A stretch of 64,000 nt of DNA from Armatimonadota bacterium (GCA_036504235.1 DASXVN010000076.1:4395-68394); one strand, 5' to 3'. Numbered from the stretch's first letter, positions 9,658 to 18,996 are shown. Notes: generated from the sequence alone by a model not told the origin. Numbers and translations are program-made.

Positions 9658-10542
9658 TTACCTCTCCACGCCCCAGTTGAGCTTCTCGCGCAGGCGACCG
9701 TAGAAGCCATCGCCGCCGCCGAGCCGCACCAGCCGGGCGCGGAAGGGCGCCGCCGTGATCAGGATATCCTCGCCCGGTCCCAGGGGCACGTTGACCTGCC
9801 CGTCTACCGTCAGCCCGATCGGCGGATTGGGCTTGGAGCGGGCGCACAGGACCACCCGCAACTCGGACCGCGGCGAGATCACCAGCGGGCGCGTGTACAG
9901 ACTATGGGCGCAGATGGGCACCAGGATGAAACAGTCCAGCAGGGGGTCCACCAGGGGCCCGCCGGCGGACAGATTGTAGGCGGTCGAGCCGGTGGCCGTG
10001 GACACGATCAGGCCGTCCGCCGGGTAGTCGGTGACGAAATTGCCGTCTACCCAGGCGTCCAGATGCACCAGGCGCATCGGCTCCGACTTGCCGATGACCA
10101 CGTCGTTGAGCGCAAAGTACTCGCCGCGCCCCTCGTCGCCGGCCTGGACCTGCGCGGATAGCATCATGCGGTCGTCGGTCTCAAATTCGCCGGCCAGCAG
10201 GGCGGGCAGCGCCTCGATGACGTGCTCCAGCTTGCGTTCGGCCAAAAAGCCGAAGCCCCCCAGGTCCACGCCCAGCACCGGACAGCCCGCCGGCCCGGCG
10301 GCGCGAGTGGCGGCCAGCAGCGTGCCGTCGCCGCCCATGGCGATGATCAGCTCGCTGTGCCGGCCCCAGTCCGCCCGGGGACAATACTCGCAGCCCTCCA
10401 GCCCCAGGTCGGCCATGCGCTCGTCCACCAGCACCTGCGCGCCGCCCTCATGCAGGGCGCGCACCAGCGCGTGGGTGCTCTCCTCGGCGTGCGGTTTGTG
10501 CAGGGCGGTGAGTATCCCCACCCGGGTGATTCGCTCGGGCAT
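9658..10542 (-). CDS. nadK: NAD kinase
   Basis: GGDGTLL motif (IIAMGGDGTLLAA) and NAD-kinase C-terminal domain. Canonical nadK-recN linkage. Confidence 0.85.
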   Translation of the reverse strand: MPERITRVGILTALHKPHAEESTHALVRALHEGGAQVLVDERMADLGLEGCEYCPRADWGRHSELIIAMGGDGTLLAATRAAGPAGCPVLGVDLGGFGFLAERKLEHVIEALPALLAGEFETDDRMMLSAQVQAGDEGRGEYFALNDVVIGKSEPMRLVHLDAWVDGNFVTDYPADGLIVSTATGSTAYNLSAGGPLVDPLLDCFILVPICAHSLYTRPLVISPRSELRVVLCARSKPNPPIGLTVDGQVNVPLGPGEDILITAAPFRARLVRLGGGDGFYGRLREKLNWGVER

Positions 10543-10550
10543 GGCAACTC

Positions 10551-12023
10551 CTAACCCTGGGCGCGACTGGTCGCCGGGGTCTGCTGCAACTGATCGAGAT
10601 TGCGCTGGGCCGGCGCGTAGTTCGGGTCGGCCGTGACCGCCTTGTGGTAGTAGTTGCGGGCCTTTTCGACCTGCCCCTTGAGCTGGTAGACGACCCCCAG
10701 GTTATTGAGCGCGGGGGCGAAATTCGGGTCGGCGACCAGCGACGCCTCGAAGAAACTCTGGGCCTCCTGCGGACGATCGCGGTCCAGGTAGACCAGGCCG
10801 GCGTTGTTCTGCGCGGCGGCGTTGCGGGGGTTGATCGCGACTACCTTGAGGTACTCGGTGAGCGCCCGGTCCTTGTCGCCCTCGTCGTAGTACGCATCGG
10901 CCAGGCCGAGATGCGCCTGCTCGCTCTTGGGGAACTGCGCCGCGGCGGTCATCCACGCCTGCAGCGCCCGCTGCTTCTCGCCGGACGCGGCCAGCGCCCG
11001 GGCCTTGTTGACATACGGCAGCTCCAGCGTCGCGTTGGTCTGGATGGCCTTCTCGAAAGTCTCGATGGCCTCGGGGTAGCGCTTCTGCTCGAACTGCAGG
11101 GCGCCCAGGTTGTTCAGGCAGCCGGCGCTGTTCGGACGCAGCACCAGGGCCTTGTTGTAGGACTCCTCGGCGGCCGGGTAGTTCTTCATCCCCGACTGCA
11201 CCAGGGCCAGGTTGTACTGCGCCTCAAAGCTCTGCGGCAGCGCGGTCAGCGCCGCCTGCAGCGGCTCGAGCGCCTCCGCGTACTTGCCCTGGTTGTACAG
11301 CGCCGTGCCCAGGCCCAGTTGCGCCTCCGGCTTGTTCGGCGCGGCGGTCAGAATCCGGCGGTAGACCTCCGCCGCCTCCGCGTCTAGCCGGGACTCCAGC
11401 AGCAGCGCCCCCAGGCTCAGTTGGGTGGTCTGGTTGTCCGGCTGGAGCTTCGCCGCGGTGCGGTACTCGCGCAGCGCCTTCTCCAGGTTGCCGGTCTTGT
11501 GCAGCGCGTAGCCGAAGTTGAGGTGCACTTCCGGGTCGTTCGGGTTGGCGTCAATGGCCCTCGTGTATTCGTTGAAGGCCGGGTAGTAATCGCCCTGCGC
11601 GGCCTTGAGGTTGGCCAGGTTGAAGTGGGCGTCGAAATACTTGGGGTCCAGCGCCAGCGCCGCCCGGTAGGCCGCCTCGGCCTTGTCCTTCTGGCCCAGC
11701 GCCGCGTAGGCGTTGCCCAAGTTGTTCTCCACGACCTTGGACTTGGGGTCCTCCTTGGCGGCGGACTCCAGATAGCGCACCGCGTCGGCCGTCTGGCCCA
11801 ACTCCAGCGCGACGGTGCCGCACCAGGAGAGGATCACCGGCTCGCGGGGCTGGGCCTTGAGCGCGGCCTGGAACAGCCCGTAGGCTCCGGCCACGTTGCC
11901 CTGCTCGTAGGCCGATAGCCCTTGCTGGAAGAGGCTCGGCGGCGCCTGCGCGCTCCCGCCGGTCGCCCCGAGCAGCAGGGCCATCAGAGTCATCAGGGTC
12001 ACCACTAGGATGCGCTTGCGCAC
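10551..12023 (-). CDS. Secreted tetratricopeptide (TPR) repeat protein
   Basis: Signal peptide followed by more than 10 TPR units (W-LG-Y...A...F...A-P patterns) throughout. Confidence 0.75.
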   Translation of the reverse strand: MRKRILVVTLMTLMALLLGATGGSAQAPPSLFQQGLSAYEQGNVAGAYGLFQAALKAQPREPVILSWCGTVALELGQTADAVRYLESAAKEDPKSKVVENNLGNAYAALGQKDKAEAAYRAALALDPKYFDAHFNLANLKAAQGDYYPAFNEYTRAIDANPNDPEVHLNFGYALHKTGNLEKALREYRTAAKLQPDNQTTQLSLGALLLESRLDAEAAEVYRRILTAAPNKPEAQLGLGTALYNQGKYAEALEPLQAALTALPQSFEAQYNLALVQSGMKNYPAAEESYNKALVLRPNSAGCLNNLGALQFEQKRYPEAIETFEKAIQTNATLELPYVNKARALAASGEKQRALQAWMTAAAQFPKSEQAHLGLADAYYDEGDKDRALTEYLKVVAINPRNAAAQNNAGLVYLDRDRPQEAQSFFEASLVADPNFAPALNNLGVVYQLKGQVEKARNYYHKAVTADPNYAPAQRNLDQLQQTPATSRAQG

Positions 12024-12168
12024 GGGCTGTCGCCTCCTGGAGACGGACGAGAAGATAGTCGGGCGGGCAGAGGGACTCGCAAAAACCGGCTCCCTCCGCC
12101 GCGGGCCCCACCCGGCGGCGGGAGAGGCGTCTCACCGGGGTAGTATTCGCCGTCCCGGTGCACTTATC

Positions 12169-13254
12169 CTATCCAACACCGGGGGAAGAGGCGGAGTTCG
12201 CTAACGGCAAGGCAAAGGTGAAGGTACTGCCCTGGCCGGGCGCGCTCTCCACCCACAGCCGCCCGCCCATAGATTCCACGGCCAGACGGCAGAAGGTCAG
12301 CCCCAGGCCGAAGCTGAGGCGCACGCCCGCCTGAGCGGCCTCCGCCTGGCCAAACTTGTCGAAGATGCGCTCCTGCAACGCGGCGGGGATGCCGATGCCA
12401 TTGTCGGCCACCACTACCCAGACTTCCCGGTCGTGGACCGCAGCGCTGACCCGCACCCAGCCCTCACCGGGCGGCGCAAAGCGTAGCGCATTGGCGATCA
12501 GGTTCTCGAGCACCCGGTGGACTTTGTCCTCGTCCGCCTGCGCGATCAGGGCCTCGGCGGGCAGTGAGGTCTCCAGGCTGATTTCCATGCGCTCGGCGCG
12601 CGGCACGGCCTCGCTCGTCGTTCGCCGAATGACCTCCGTCACGTCCGTGGGGCCCAGTTGCAGCGGCAACTTGCCGGCTTCGGCCCGGCCCACGTCCAGC
12701 ACGTCCTCGATCATGCGCTCGATGCGGTGGTGACTTTCTCGAATCACGCGGAGCATGGACTGCTCCGACTCCCCCAACCCGTCGCAGGCCTCCAGTCCCC
12801 GCTCCATCCCTCCCACCGCCATCTCCGCCGAGACCAGAGGGTTCTTCAGATCGTGGACGAGCATGTGGGTCAAGTCATCGCGGAAGGCTTCCGCCTTTTG
12901 CAGCTTCAGATTGGACTGGCGGAGCGCCAAAACCACGGAAGTCGTGATCAGATATGCTCCCAGGCGAACCGCCGAGTTCCAGTAGGGAGCAGCGGCCGGG
13001 CCTTCCAGACCGTGCATGGACTCGTCCACCAGATTGGCGGCCGCGCCGGCCGCGCAAATGAGCAGCGCCGGCAGCAGGTCCACGTACCAGGCCACCAGGA
13101 GAATCGGTAGCAGGTAGAAAGCGGCCAGGGAAAGGTGCGGCGCAGACAGGTAGTCAACCACCCCGACCACGCAGACCAGAATCAGCCCCACCGCAAACGC
13201 CACCCCTCGATGCCGGGTCAGACCGCGGTTAAGGGCGCGCAGGAGGGGCCTCAC
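12169..13254 (-). CDS. Sensor histidine kinase (membrane sensor + HisKA + HATPase_c)
   Basis: H-box (HMLVHDLKNPL); N, G1 and G2 boxes (...ENLIANALRF...VADNGIGIP...GLGLTFCRLAV...). N-terminal membrane helices. Start lies 2 nt after the dxs stop; no adjacent response regulator. Confidence 0.8.
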   Translation of the reverse strand: MRPLLRALNRGLTRHRGVAFAVGLILVCVVGVVDYLSAPHLSLAAFYLLPILLVAWYVDLLPALLICAAGAAANLVDESMHGLEGPAAAPYWNSAVRLGAYLITTSVVLALRQSNLKLQKAEAFRDDLTHMLVHDLKNPLVSAEMAVGGMERGLEACDGLGESEQSMLRVIRESHHRIERMIEDVLDVGRAEAGKLPLQLGPTDVTEVIRRTTSEAVPRAERMEISLETSLPAEALIAQADEDKVHRVLENLIANALRFAPPGEGWVRVSAAVHDREVWVVVADNGIGIPAALQERIFDKFGQAEAAQAGVRLSFGLGLTFCRLAVESMGGRLWVESAPGQGSTFTFALPLANSASSPGVG

Positions 13255-13256
13255 GA

Positions 13257-15158
13257 TCAGCTTTGCTCCTCAACGACTCCGGGCTCCGGTTGCCGGGCGC
13301 GTTCCACGGCGGCTACGATCCCGGCGGCGTCCAGCTCCAGGTCGGCCAGCAGCCCGGCGCGCTCGCCGTGGGGGACGAACGCGTCCGGCAGCCCGCCGCG
13401 AGTCAGCGTCACCCCGGTCAGGCGCTCATCCGCCAGCAACTCCGCCACCGCCGACCCCAGGCCGCCGGCCAGCGCATTCTCCTCCAGCGTCACCAGACAG
13501 CCGGTCTCGGCCGCCAGCCGCCGCACCAGGTCGCGGTCCAGCGGCTTGACGAACCGCATGTCCGCCACCGCGCAGTCCACCCCGCGAGCCGCCAGCAACT
13601 CCGCCGCCGCCAGCGCCGGCGCCACCATCGTGCCCAGCGCCAACAAAGCGCAGTCGCCGCCCTCGCGCAGCACGCGGCCCTGGCCCAGGTGCAGCGGCTC
13701 ATCACTCTGGTCGAGGTCTGCGATTCCGGCCAGGCCCCGGGGGTAGCGCAGGGCCACCGGACCGGGCAGACTCAGGGCGGTGGTCAGCATCCGGCGCAGC
13801 TCCGCCCCGCTGGAGGGGGCCATGATCGTCAGGCCCGGGATGTGGCGCAGGAAACTGAGATCGTACGCGCCGTGATGAGTGGGGCCGTCGTCGCCCACCA
13901 GCCCGGCGCGGTCCAGGGCCAGCACCACGGGCAACTCCTGCAGGGCGACATCGTGGATGATCTGGTCGTACGCGCGCTGCATGAAAGTCGAGTAGATCGC
14001 CACCACCGGCCGCAGCCCGGCCGCAGCCAGCCCTGCGGCGAAACAGACCGCATGTTCCTCGGCCATCCCCGCGTCGAAGCAGCGGTCCGGGAAGCGGCGC
14101 TTGAAGCCCTCCAGGCCCGTGCCGTCAATCATTGCCGCGGAGATCGCCACAATGCGCTTGTCTTTCTCCGCGAGTTCGGTGAGCCGCTCGCCAAAGACCT
14201 GGCTGTAGCTCGCCCCGTTCTTGGGCTCGCAGGAGCCGTCGCTGATCTCGAAAGGCGCGGTGCCGTGGAACCGCTTGGGGTCCTGCTCGGCCGGGGTGTA
14301 GCCCCGTCCCTTCTGCGTCAACACATGCACCATGATCGGCCCCGGCAGGCGCTTGGCGGACTCCAGAACCTCCATCGTCTGCGTCAGGTTGTGACCATCG
14401 ATGGGGCCCAGGTAGGTGAAGCCCAGCTCCTCGAACAGCATGCCCGGCACCACCAAGTGCTTGATCCCATCCTTGAGGCGGTCCATCGCTTCCAGCATCG
14501 CGTCGCCCATCGCCCAGCGGCTCAGCAGTCGCGCCGTCTCGGCCCGTGCCCGCCGCACGTGTGGCTCCACCGCGCTGCGCATGGAGGTCAGGTAGGCGGA
14601 GATCGCCCCCACGTTGCGGCCGATGCTCATCTCGTTGTCGTTGAGCACCACGATCAGGTTGCGCCCCGCATGTCCCGCCTGGTTGAGCGCGGCCAGCGCC
14701 AGCCCCCCGGTGAGCGCCCCGTCGCCGATGATCGCCACCACCTGCTCCCGCGTCCCGCGCAGGTCGCGGGCGGTCGCAAAGCCCAACGCAGCAGAGATTG
14801 ACGTGGAGCCATGCCCGGCGCCGAAGGGGTCGTACTCGCTCTCCGCGCGGCGGGTGAAGCCCGACAGCCCGCCCGCCTGGCGGATGCTGGGGAACTGGTC
14901 GCGGCGCCCGGTGAGCAGCTTATGCGGGTAAGACTGGTGCCCCACGTCCCAGATCAACTTGTCCCGCGGCGTGTCGAAAATCCGGTGCAAAGCGATGGTC
15001 AGCTCGACCACGCCCAGGCTAGAGGCCAGGTGCCCACCGGAGCAGGAAGTGACCTGCACGATGGTCTCCCGAATCTCACCGGCCAGCTTCCGCAACTCCT
15101 CAGTGGAGAGCTTCTTCAGGTCAGCGGGCGAGTTGATACGGTCTAGTAAGGTGGGCAT
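13257..15158 (-). CDS. dxs: 1-deoxy-D-xylulose-5-phosphate synthase
   Basis: TPP-binding and transketolase-like domains (GHLASSLGVVELTIALH..., GDGALTGG...NDNEMSI). Start chosen at MPTLLDRINSP; the longer ORF to 15314 would run into the REP element. Confidence 0.9.
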   Translation of the reverse strand: MPTLLDRINSPADLKKLSTEELRKLAGEIRETIVQVTSCSGGHLASSLGVVELTIALHRIFDTPRDKLIWDVGHQSYPHKLLTGRRDQFPSIRQAGGLSGFTRRAESEYDPFGAGHGSTSISAALGFATARDLRGTREQVVAIIGDGALTGGLALAALNQAGHAGRNLIVVLNDNEMSIGRNVGAISAYLTSMRSAVEPHVRRARAETARLLSRWAMGDAMLEAMDRLKDGIKHLVVPGMLFEELGFTYLGPIDGHNLTQTMEVLESAKRLPGPIMVHVLTQKGRGYTPAEQDPKRFHGTAPFEISDGSCEPKNGASYSQVFGERLTELAEKDKRIVAISAAMIDGTGLEGFKRRFPDRCFDAGMAEEHAVCFAAGLAAAGLRPVVAIYSTFMQRAYDQIIHDVALQELPVVLALDRAGLVGDDGPTHHGAYDLSFLRHIPGLTIMAPSSGAELRRMLTTALSLPGPVALRYPRGLAGIADLDQSDEPLHLGQGRVLREGGDCALLALGTMVAPALAAAELLAARGVDCAVADMRFVKPLDRDLVRRLAAETGCLVTLEENALAGGLGSAVAELLADERLTGVTLTRGGLPDAFVPHGERAGLLADLELDAAGIVAAVERARQPEPGVVEEQS

Positions 15159-15225
15159 AGATGATTGGCTAACTGGGACCATTTCCCGGAACCCCCGCCC
15201 AGTACGGGTCGTTTCCCGTAGGGGC

Positions 15226-15340
15226 GGAATTTCGGCGTCTCCGCCGAATCTCCGCCCGCGGCTAGCGGCAGTTCTCGGCATGCGCGGGCGGAGATTGCCC
15301 GGCAGACCGGGCAAATTCCGCCCCTACAACGGCACCGGCA
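15226..15340. repeat. REP pair (BIME-like): two inverted REP palindromes beginning GTAGGGGCGG
   Basis: GTAGGGGCGGAATTTCGGCGTCTCCGCCGAATCTCCGCCCGCG paired with its inverted partner ...CGCGGGCGGAGATTGCCCGGCAGACCGGGCAAATTCCGCCCCTAC. Same family as the REPs flanking the RAYT gene at 58020. Confidence 0.6.
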
Positions 15341-15491
15341 ACTGCCGAGGCAGCGCCTCGCCGACCGTGGCCCCGTAGGTCACGCATCCCGGCACCACGG
15401 GAAACCAGACGGTGAAGCCGCCCTCCGGCTCCTGCCGCAGGAGGACCGTGTAGGTCGGCTCTACCGCTCCATCACTCCGCTTGGCTTTCAT
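15324..15491 (-). pseudogene. HicB-like (UPF0150) antitoxin N-terminal domain fragment, 3' end replaced by REP sequence
   Basis: 55-codon ORF not in the supplied track (under 60 aa): MKAKRSDGAVEPTYTVLLRQEPEGGFTVWFPVVPGCVTYGATVGEALPRQ-LPVPL*. GGAGGAG RBS present. Core matches the UPF0150/HicB fold motif (Y-V....E.GG..V..P.LPGC.T.G.T.EEAL). The final codons and the TAG lie inside the GTAGGGGCGG REP. Confidence 0.35.
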
Positions 15492-15696
15492 CCGTCTCCT
15501 CCACCGCCGTCAATTCCTCGATGCGTGCTTCCGCTTGCGCCAGCAGGGCCTCGCACTGTTTCTTTAGACGCATCGCCTCGTCAAACCGCTCCAGGGCTTG
15601 CTCTAGGGGCAGCCCGCCGCTCTCTAGTTGGGCGACGATAGCCTCGAGTTTGTTCAGAGCTTCCTCAAAGGACAGCTCGGTCTCATTTTCGTTCAT
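15472..15696 (-). CDS. xseB: Exodeoxyribonuclease VII small subunit
   Basis: MNENETELSFEEALNKLEAIVAQLESGGLPLEQALERFDEAMRLKKQCEALL is classic XseB. GGAGGAGG RBS before the ATG at 15696. Confidence 0.8.
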   Translation of the reverse strand: MNENETELSFEEALNKLEAIVAQLESGGLPLEQALERFDEAMRLKKQCEALLAQAEARIEELTAVEETDESQAE

Positions 15697-16372
15697 TGCG
15701 CAGTGCCTCCTCCACCGAGTCCCTGATCGAAGCTGCAGGTCGGTGCTGTAGAAACTCCTCGTACAGCGACAGCGCATCTAGCTCGCGATTGCCAGAGCCG
15801 CGGGGTACCAAGAGACGTGTGACCCATCTCGACAAAGGTTCCCCTGAGTGGTCTGGGCTCAATCGTATAGCATCCCTCATCCTCTTCCGGGGGCAATCCG
15901 CATCCTCGTAGCACCGCAGGCGCCCGGAAGCAGGCCTGGGCGAGTCCGACGGCCAGCAGTCCATCAGGTCCTCGGTCTCCGGGATCCATCCGTCCAAAGA
16001 AGGCAGGACCACTGTGCTCCTGAGCCTGGACGACCGCGCGGCCAGTGCGTGAAGGATTGAGATGACGCACCTATCGAGGTACTGGTTTGTGTGTTCAGCA
16101 TCAAATCTGATCACGTCCCACCCGGCGTCGTTGAAGACGTCGCTCTCGAAATCCTCCTCCCACACGATACTCTCTACCCCATAGTCGTCCACCTGTACGA
16201 TAAGCCGCGCCGACTCCCCATAGCACTCAACTACAGACAGGTCGGCACGGATTCGTCCAACGCGTTCGTCACGCAGGACGTGTAGCGGGGGAAGCTTCTC
16301 TGTGACCAGCACCTCGTAGAGAGCGCCCGCTGCGTCCCGACTGCCGCCTTGTGATGCGCGCACAACGACCAC
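15683..16372 (-). CDS. Hypothetical protein with DUF559/Vsr-like endonuclease-fold C-terminal motif (putative)
   Basis: C-terminal ...ARLIVQVDDYGVESIVWEEDFESDVFNDAGWDVIRFDAEH... resembles the DUF559 pattern (VE-DG...D..R...L...GW.V.RF). GTG start; overlaps the xseB start by 14 nt. Inserted between xseA and xseB. Confidence 0.4.
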   Translation of the reverse strand: MVVVRASQGGSRDAAGALYEVLVTEKLPPLHVLRDERVGRIRADLSVVECYGESARLIVQVDDYGVESIVWEEDFESDVFNDAGWDVIRFDAEHTNQYLDRCVISILHALAARSSRLRSTVVLPSLDGWIPETEDLMDCWPSDSPRPASGRLRCYEDADCPRKRMRDAIRLSPDHSGEPLSRWVTRLLVPRGSGNRELDALSLYEEFLQHRPAASIRDSVEEALRNERK

Positions 16373-16430
16373 TTCCTATTCAGCTAAGCCCAATCAGATG
16401 CATCGTCCGGCGCGGCAGCGCCCGCTCGGC

Positions 16431-16928
16431 TTACCTCGGGAAGGTAAAAGCCATCAGACGCCACTGGCCGTCCGGCTTGCCGACGAGCGCCCAGTAGGGC
16501 CCCGCGGGCTTCGCCTCGGCGTCGTCAGCCTTCTGCAGATGGTAGGTGACCATCACCAACTGGCCCCCGGGGGCGGCCTCCGCCGTCAAGTCTACCAGCT
16601 TGCTGCCCGTGAAGAGGTTGGCTTGACCCGCGTTCTGCTGCAGACCCTTGATCAGCTCGTCGCGCGACAAAATCATGGAGCGGGGCGCCTCCCCCTGCGC
16701 GTTGACCCCCACGCCCGCAACCGTCTCCGCCAGGCACTGCTCCAGCGTTGCCACGTCCCCCGCCTGGACCGCCGTCAGCGCCCGGACCAGCGTCTCCTGA
16801 GCCGCTTGCGCCGCCAGCGTCGGGGTGTTGGTCCCCGGGGCCGCGCCCCCGGCGTCGTCCGCCCAGACCGACAGGCTGCCTACGACCAGCACGATTACTA
16901 CCGCTGCGATCAGTTTCATGCGGAACAT
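16431..16928 (-). CDS. Secreted NTF2-like (SnoaL/DUF4440-like) domain protein
   Basis: Signal peptide MFRMKLIAAVVIVLVVGSLSVWA, AGGAGGG RBS, and C-terminal ...GKPDGQWRLMAFTF typical of the NTF2-like fold. Confidence 0.5.
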   Translation of the reverse strand: MFRMKLIAAVVIVLVVGSLSVWADDAGGAAPGTNTPTLAAQAAQETLVRALTAVQAGDVATLEQCLAETVAGVGVNAQGEAPRSMILSRDELIKGLQQNAGQANLFTGSKLVDLTAEAAPGGQLVMVTYHLQKADDAEAKPAGPYWALVGKPDGQWRLMAFTFPR

Positions 16929-16956
16929 GGTTAGCCCTCCTGCGCCGACAGTGCGT

Positions 16957-18177
16957 CTAGAATAGACTCTCCTGCGGATTCCCCCCGGCCACACGGACCG
17001 CGAGGCTGCCGTCGCTCACCGCGACGGTCAGCGCCTCGCCCGGCGGCGCCGCGGCGACCTTCGTCACCAGCGCCCCGTCGCGCGTCCTCTGCACTAACGC
17101 ATATCCCCGGCCCAGTACCTCACGCGGGTCCATGGCGGTGAGGCCCGCGGCCAGCCGCTGCAACTGGTGCCCGGAGCGCTCCAGGCGCAGGCGCAGGCTG
17201 TCCGCGCCCCGCTCGGCCGCCACGTCCACCCGCTGCAGCCAGGGCGCGAGCAGCGACTCCGGCCGGGCCAGCACCGGATTCTGCTCCAGCCGCGCCAGGC
17301 GCAGATGCTGTCGCCGGGCCAGGCTCTGCAGGCCCGTCCGCGACCGCTGCCCCAGGGCCCGCAGGTGGTTCTGCAGTTGTATCTGGTCGGGCACGACCAG
17401 CTCCGCCGCCGCCGAGGGCGTGGGCGCGCGCAGGTCCGCCACCAGGTCGCAAATCGTGATATCCGTCTCGTGGCCGACGGCGCTGACCACCGGCAGCGGG
17501 CAGGCGAACACCGCCCGCGCCACGACCTCCTCGTTGAAGGCCCACAGGTCCTCCAGCGACCCGCCGCCGCGGCCGACGATGACCACGTCGGCCTCCCCGC
17601 GCCGGCCCACTTGCTGCAGGGAATTGACGATGCTCGCCGGAGCGGCGTCCCCCTGCACCAGGGTCGGCACCAGGACCACGCGCGCCAGCGGATAGCGCCG
17701 GCTGAGGATGTTGATCATGTCGCGGATCGCCGCGCCGGTGGGCGAGGTACACAGGGCGATCACGCGGGGGAAGCGCGGCAGGGGCCGCTTGCGCTCGGCG
17801 GCAAAAAGCCCCTCGGCGAGCAGGCGAGCCTTGAGCGCCTCAAAGCGCTGGTGGAGTTCCCCCAGGCCGTCCGGCCGCATGTGCACGACCATGAGCTGGT
17901 ATTTGCCCTGGGGTTCGTAGAGCGACAGCGAGCCGTAGGCGACGACCTGCTGGCCCTCCTGGGGGTCGAAGTTCAGGCTGGAGGCCTGCCCGCGGAAGCA
18001 GACCGCGCCCAGCAGGCTCTTATCGTCCTTGAGGGAGAAATACAGGTGGCCGGAGGAATGACGCCGGAAGTTGGAGATCTCGCCGCGCACCTGAACCTGC
18101 TGCAGCAGCGGGTCCGCCTCGATCAGGCGCTTGAGGTAGACGGTAAGCTCGGAGACACTCCAGACCCCGTCCGCCAC
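16957..18177 (-). CDS. xseA: Exodeoxyribonuclease VII large subunit
   Basis: OB-fold N-terminus (VWSVSELTVYLKRLIE...GEISNF...SGHLYFSLKD) and catalytic core (...IVGRGGGSLEDLWAFNEE...). GTG start at 18177, 1 nt after the nusB stop; TTG at 18195 is an alternative. Confidence 0.85.
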   Translation of the reverse strand: MADGVWSVSELTVYLKRLIEADPLLQQVQVRGEISNFRRHSSGHLYFSLKDDKSLLGAVCFRGQASSLNFDPQEGQQVVAYGSLSLYEPQGKYQLMVVHMRPDGLGELHQRFEALKARLLAEGLFAAERKRPLPRFPRVIALCTSPTGAAIRDMINILSRRYPLARVVLVPTLVQGDAAPASIVNSLQQVGRRGEADVVIVGRGGGSLEDLWAFNEEVVARAVFACPLPVVSAVGHETDITICDLVADLRAPTPSAAAELVVPDQIQLQNHLRALGQRSRTGLQSLARRQHLRLARLEQNPVLARPESLLAPWLQRVDVAAERGADSLRLRLERSGHQLQRLAAGLTAMDPREVLGRGYALVQRTRDGALVTKVAAAPPGEALTVAVSDGSLAVRVAGGNPQESLF

Positions 18178-18178
18178 G

Positions 18179-18739
18179 CTAATCCGCCTCCGCAAGCGGC
18201 TCGGGGGGCGATTCTTCTTCGGGGGTCGGCGCCTCGTCGGCGGCGGCCGGGGGGGTCTGCAGCTCCCGGGCTACGGTGCCCAGGATGCCGTTGATGAACT
18301 TGCCGCTGTCGGCGGTGCCGTATTCCTTGGCCAGGTCCACGGCCTCGTCAATGGTCGCGCCTACCGGGATGTCGGCGAGGTACAGCAGCTCGGCCATCGC
18401 CATGCGCAGGATGTTGCGGTCCACCACCGGCATGCGCTCGAGCGTCCAGCCCTGGGAGAGCCGGTCAATGCGCTCGTCGATGTCCCGGTGGTGGATGAAG
18501 TATTCCTCGCAGAGCCGGCGGCCGAAATCGCTCACGGCGGGCCGCAGCTTCTGGGCCTCGTCGGGGGCCAGACCCCACTCGGTGAACAGCGAGGTGAGCA
18601 TGTCGTCGGCCTGCATGAACACGGCGGCCGGCCCGTCCAGACCGCTGTCCGAGGCATAGAGCAGGGCCACGCAGAACTCGCGAGCCCGCCGTCGGGCTCC
18701 GGCTCTTTCCCGCTTGCTGAAGGGTGATTCAGATCGCAT
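18179..18739 (-). CDS. nusB: Transcription antitermination factor NusB
   Basis: NusB fold motifs (...REFCVALLYA...WTLERMPVVDRNILRMAMAELLY...IDEAVDLAKEYGT...GFINGILG...), with an acidic C-terminal tail. Confidence 0.85.
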   Translation of the reverse strand: MRSESPFSKRERAGARRRAREFCVALLYASDSGLDGPAAVFMQADDMLTSLFTEWGLAPDEAQKLRPAVSDFGRRLCEEYFIHHRDIDERIDRLSQGWTLERMPVVDRNILRMAMAELLYLADIPVGATIDEAVDLAKEYGTADSGKFINGILGTVARELQTPPAAADEAPTPEEESPPEPLAEAD

Positions 18740-18795
18740 AATAGTGTACAGGTACGCAGGTCAGGTACAGGCCGAACGGGGACCGGGCCCGGCGA

Positions 18796-18993
18796 CTAGT
18801 CGCCGATCCAGTAGCGCCCCGCCCACCCGCCGATCAGGGCCAGCAGGGTGCAGACGATGACCGCCCCCAAACCCCATTTATACCCGATAATCCCCAGGAC
18901 CAGGCCGGCGGCCGCTCCCGCCACTGAGCCCCAGGACAGCCGACGAGTCCGCACCGTTGTGAGCCCCTCGAAGTCCTCCAGGTCGTCAGCCAC
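18796..18993 (-). CDS. Small two-helix membrane protein
   Basis: 65 aa with two hydrophobic helices. GTG start with AGGAGGG RBS, 4 nt from the accC stop. Confidence 0.4.
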   Translation of the reverse strand: MADDLEDFEGLTTVRTRRLSWGSVAGAAAGLVLGIIGYKWGLGAVIVCTLLALIGGWAGRYWIGD

Positions 18994-18996
18994 TGG

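Noticed and set aside
13263-14801. 512-aa plus-strand ORF opposite dxs
   Set aside because: Antisense artefact of a high-GC gene; no homology features.
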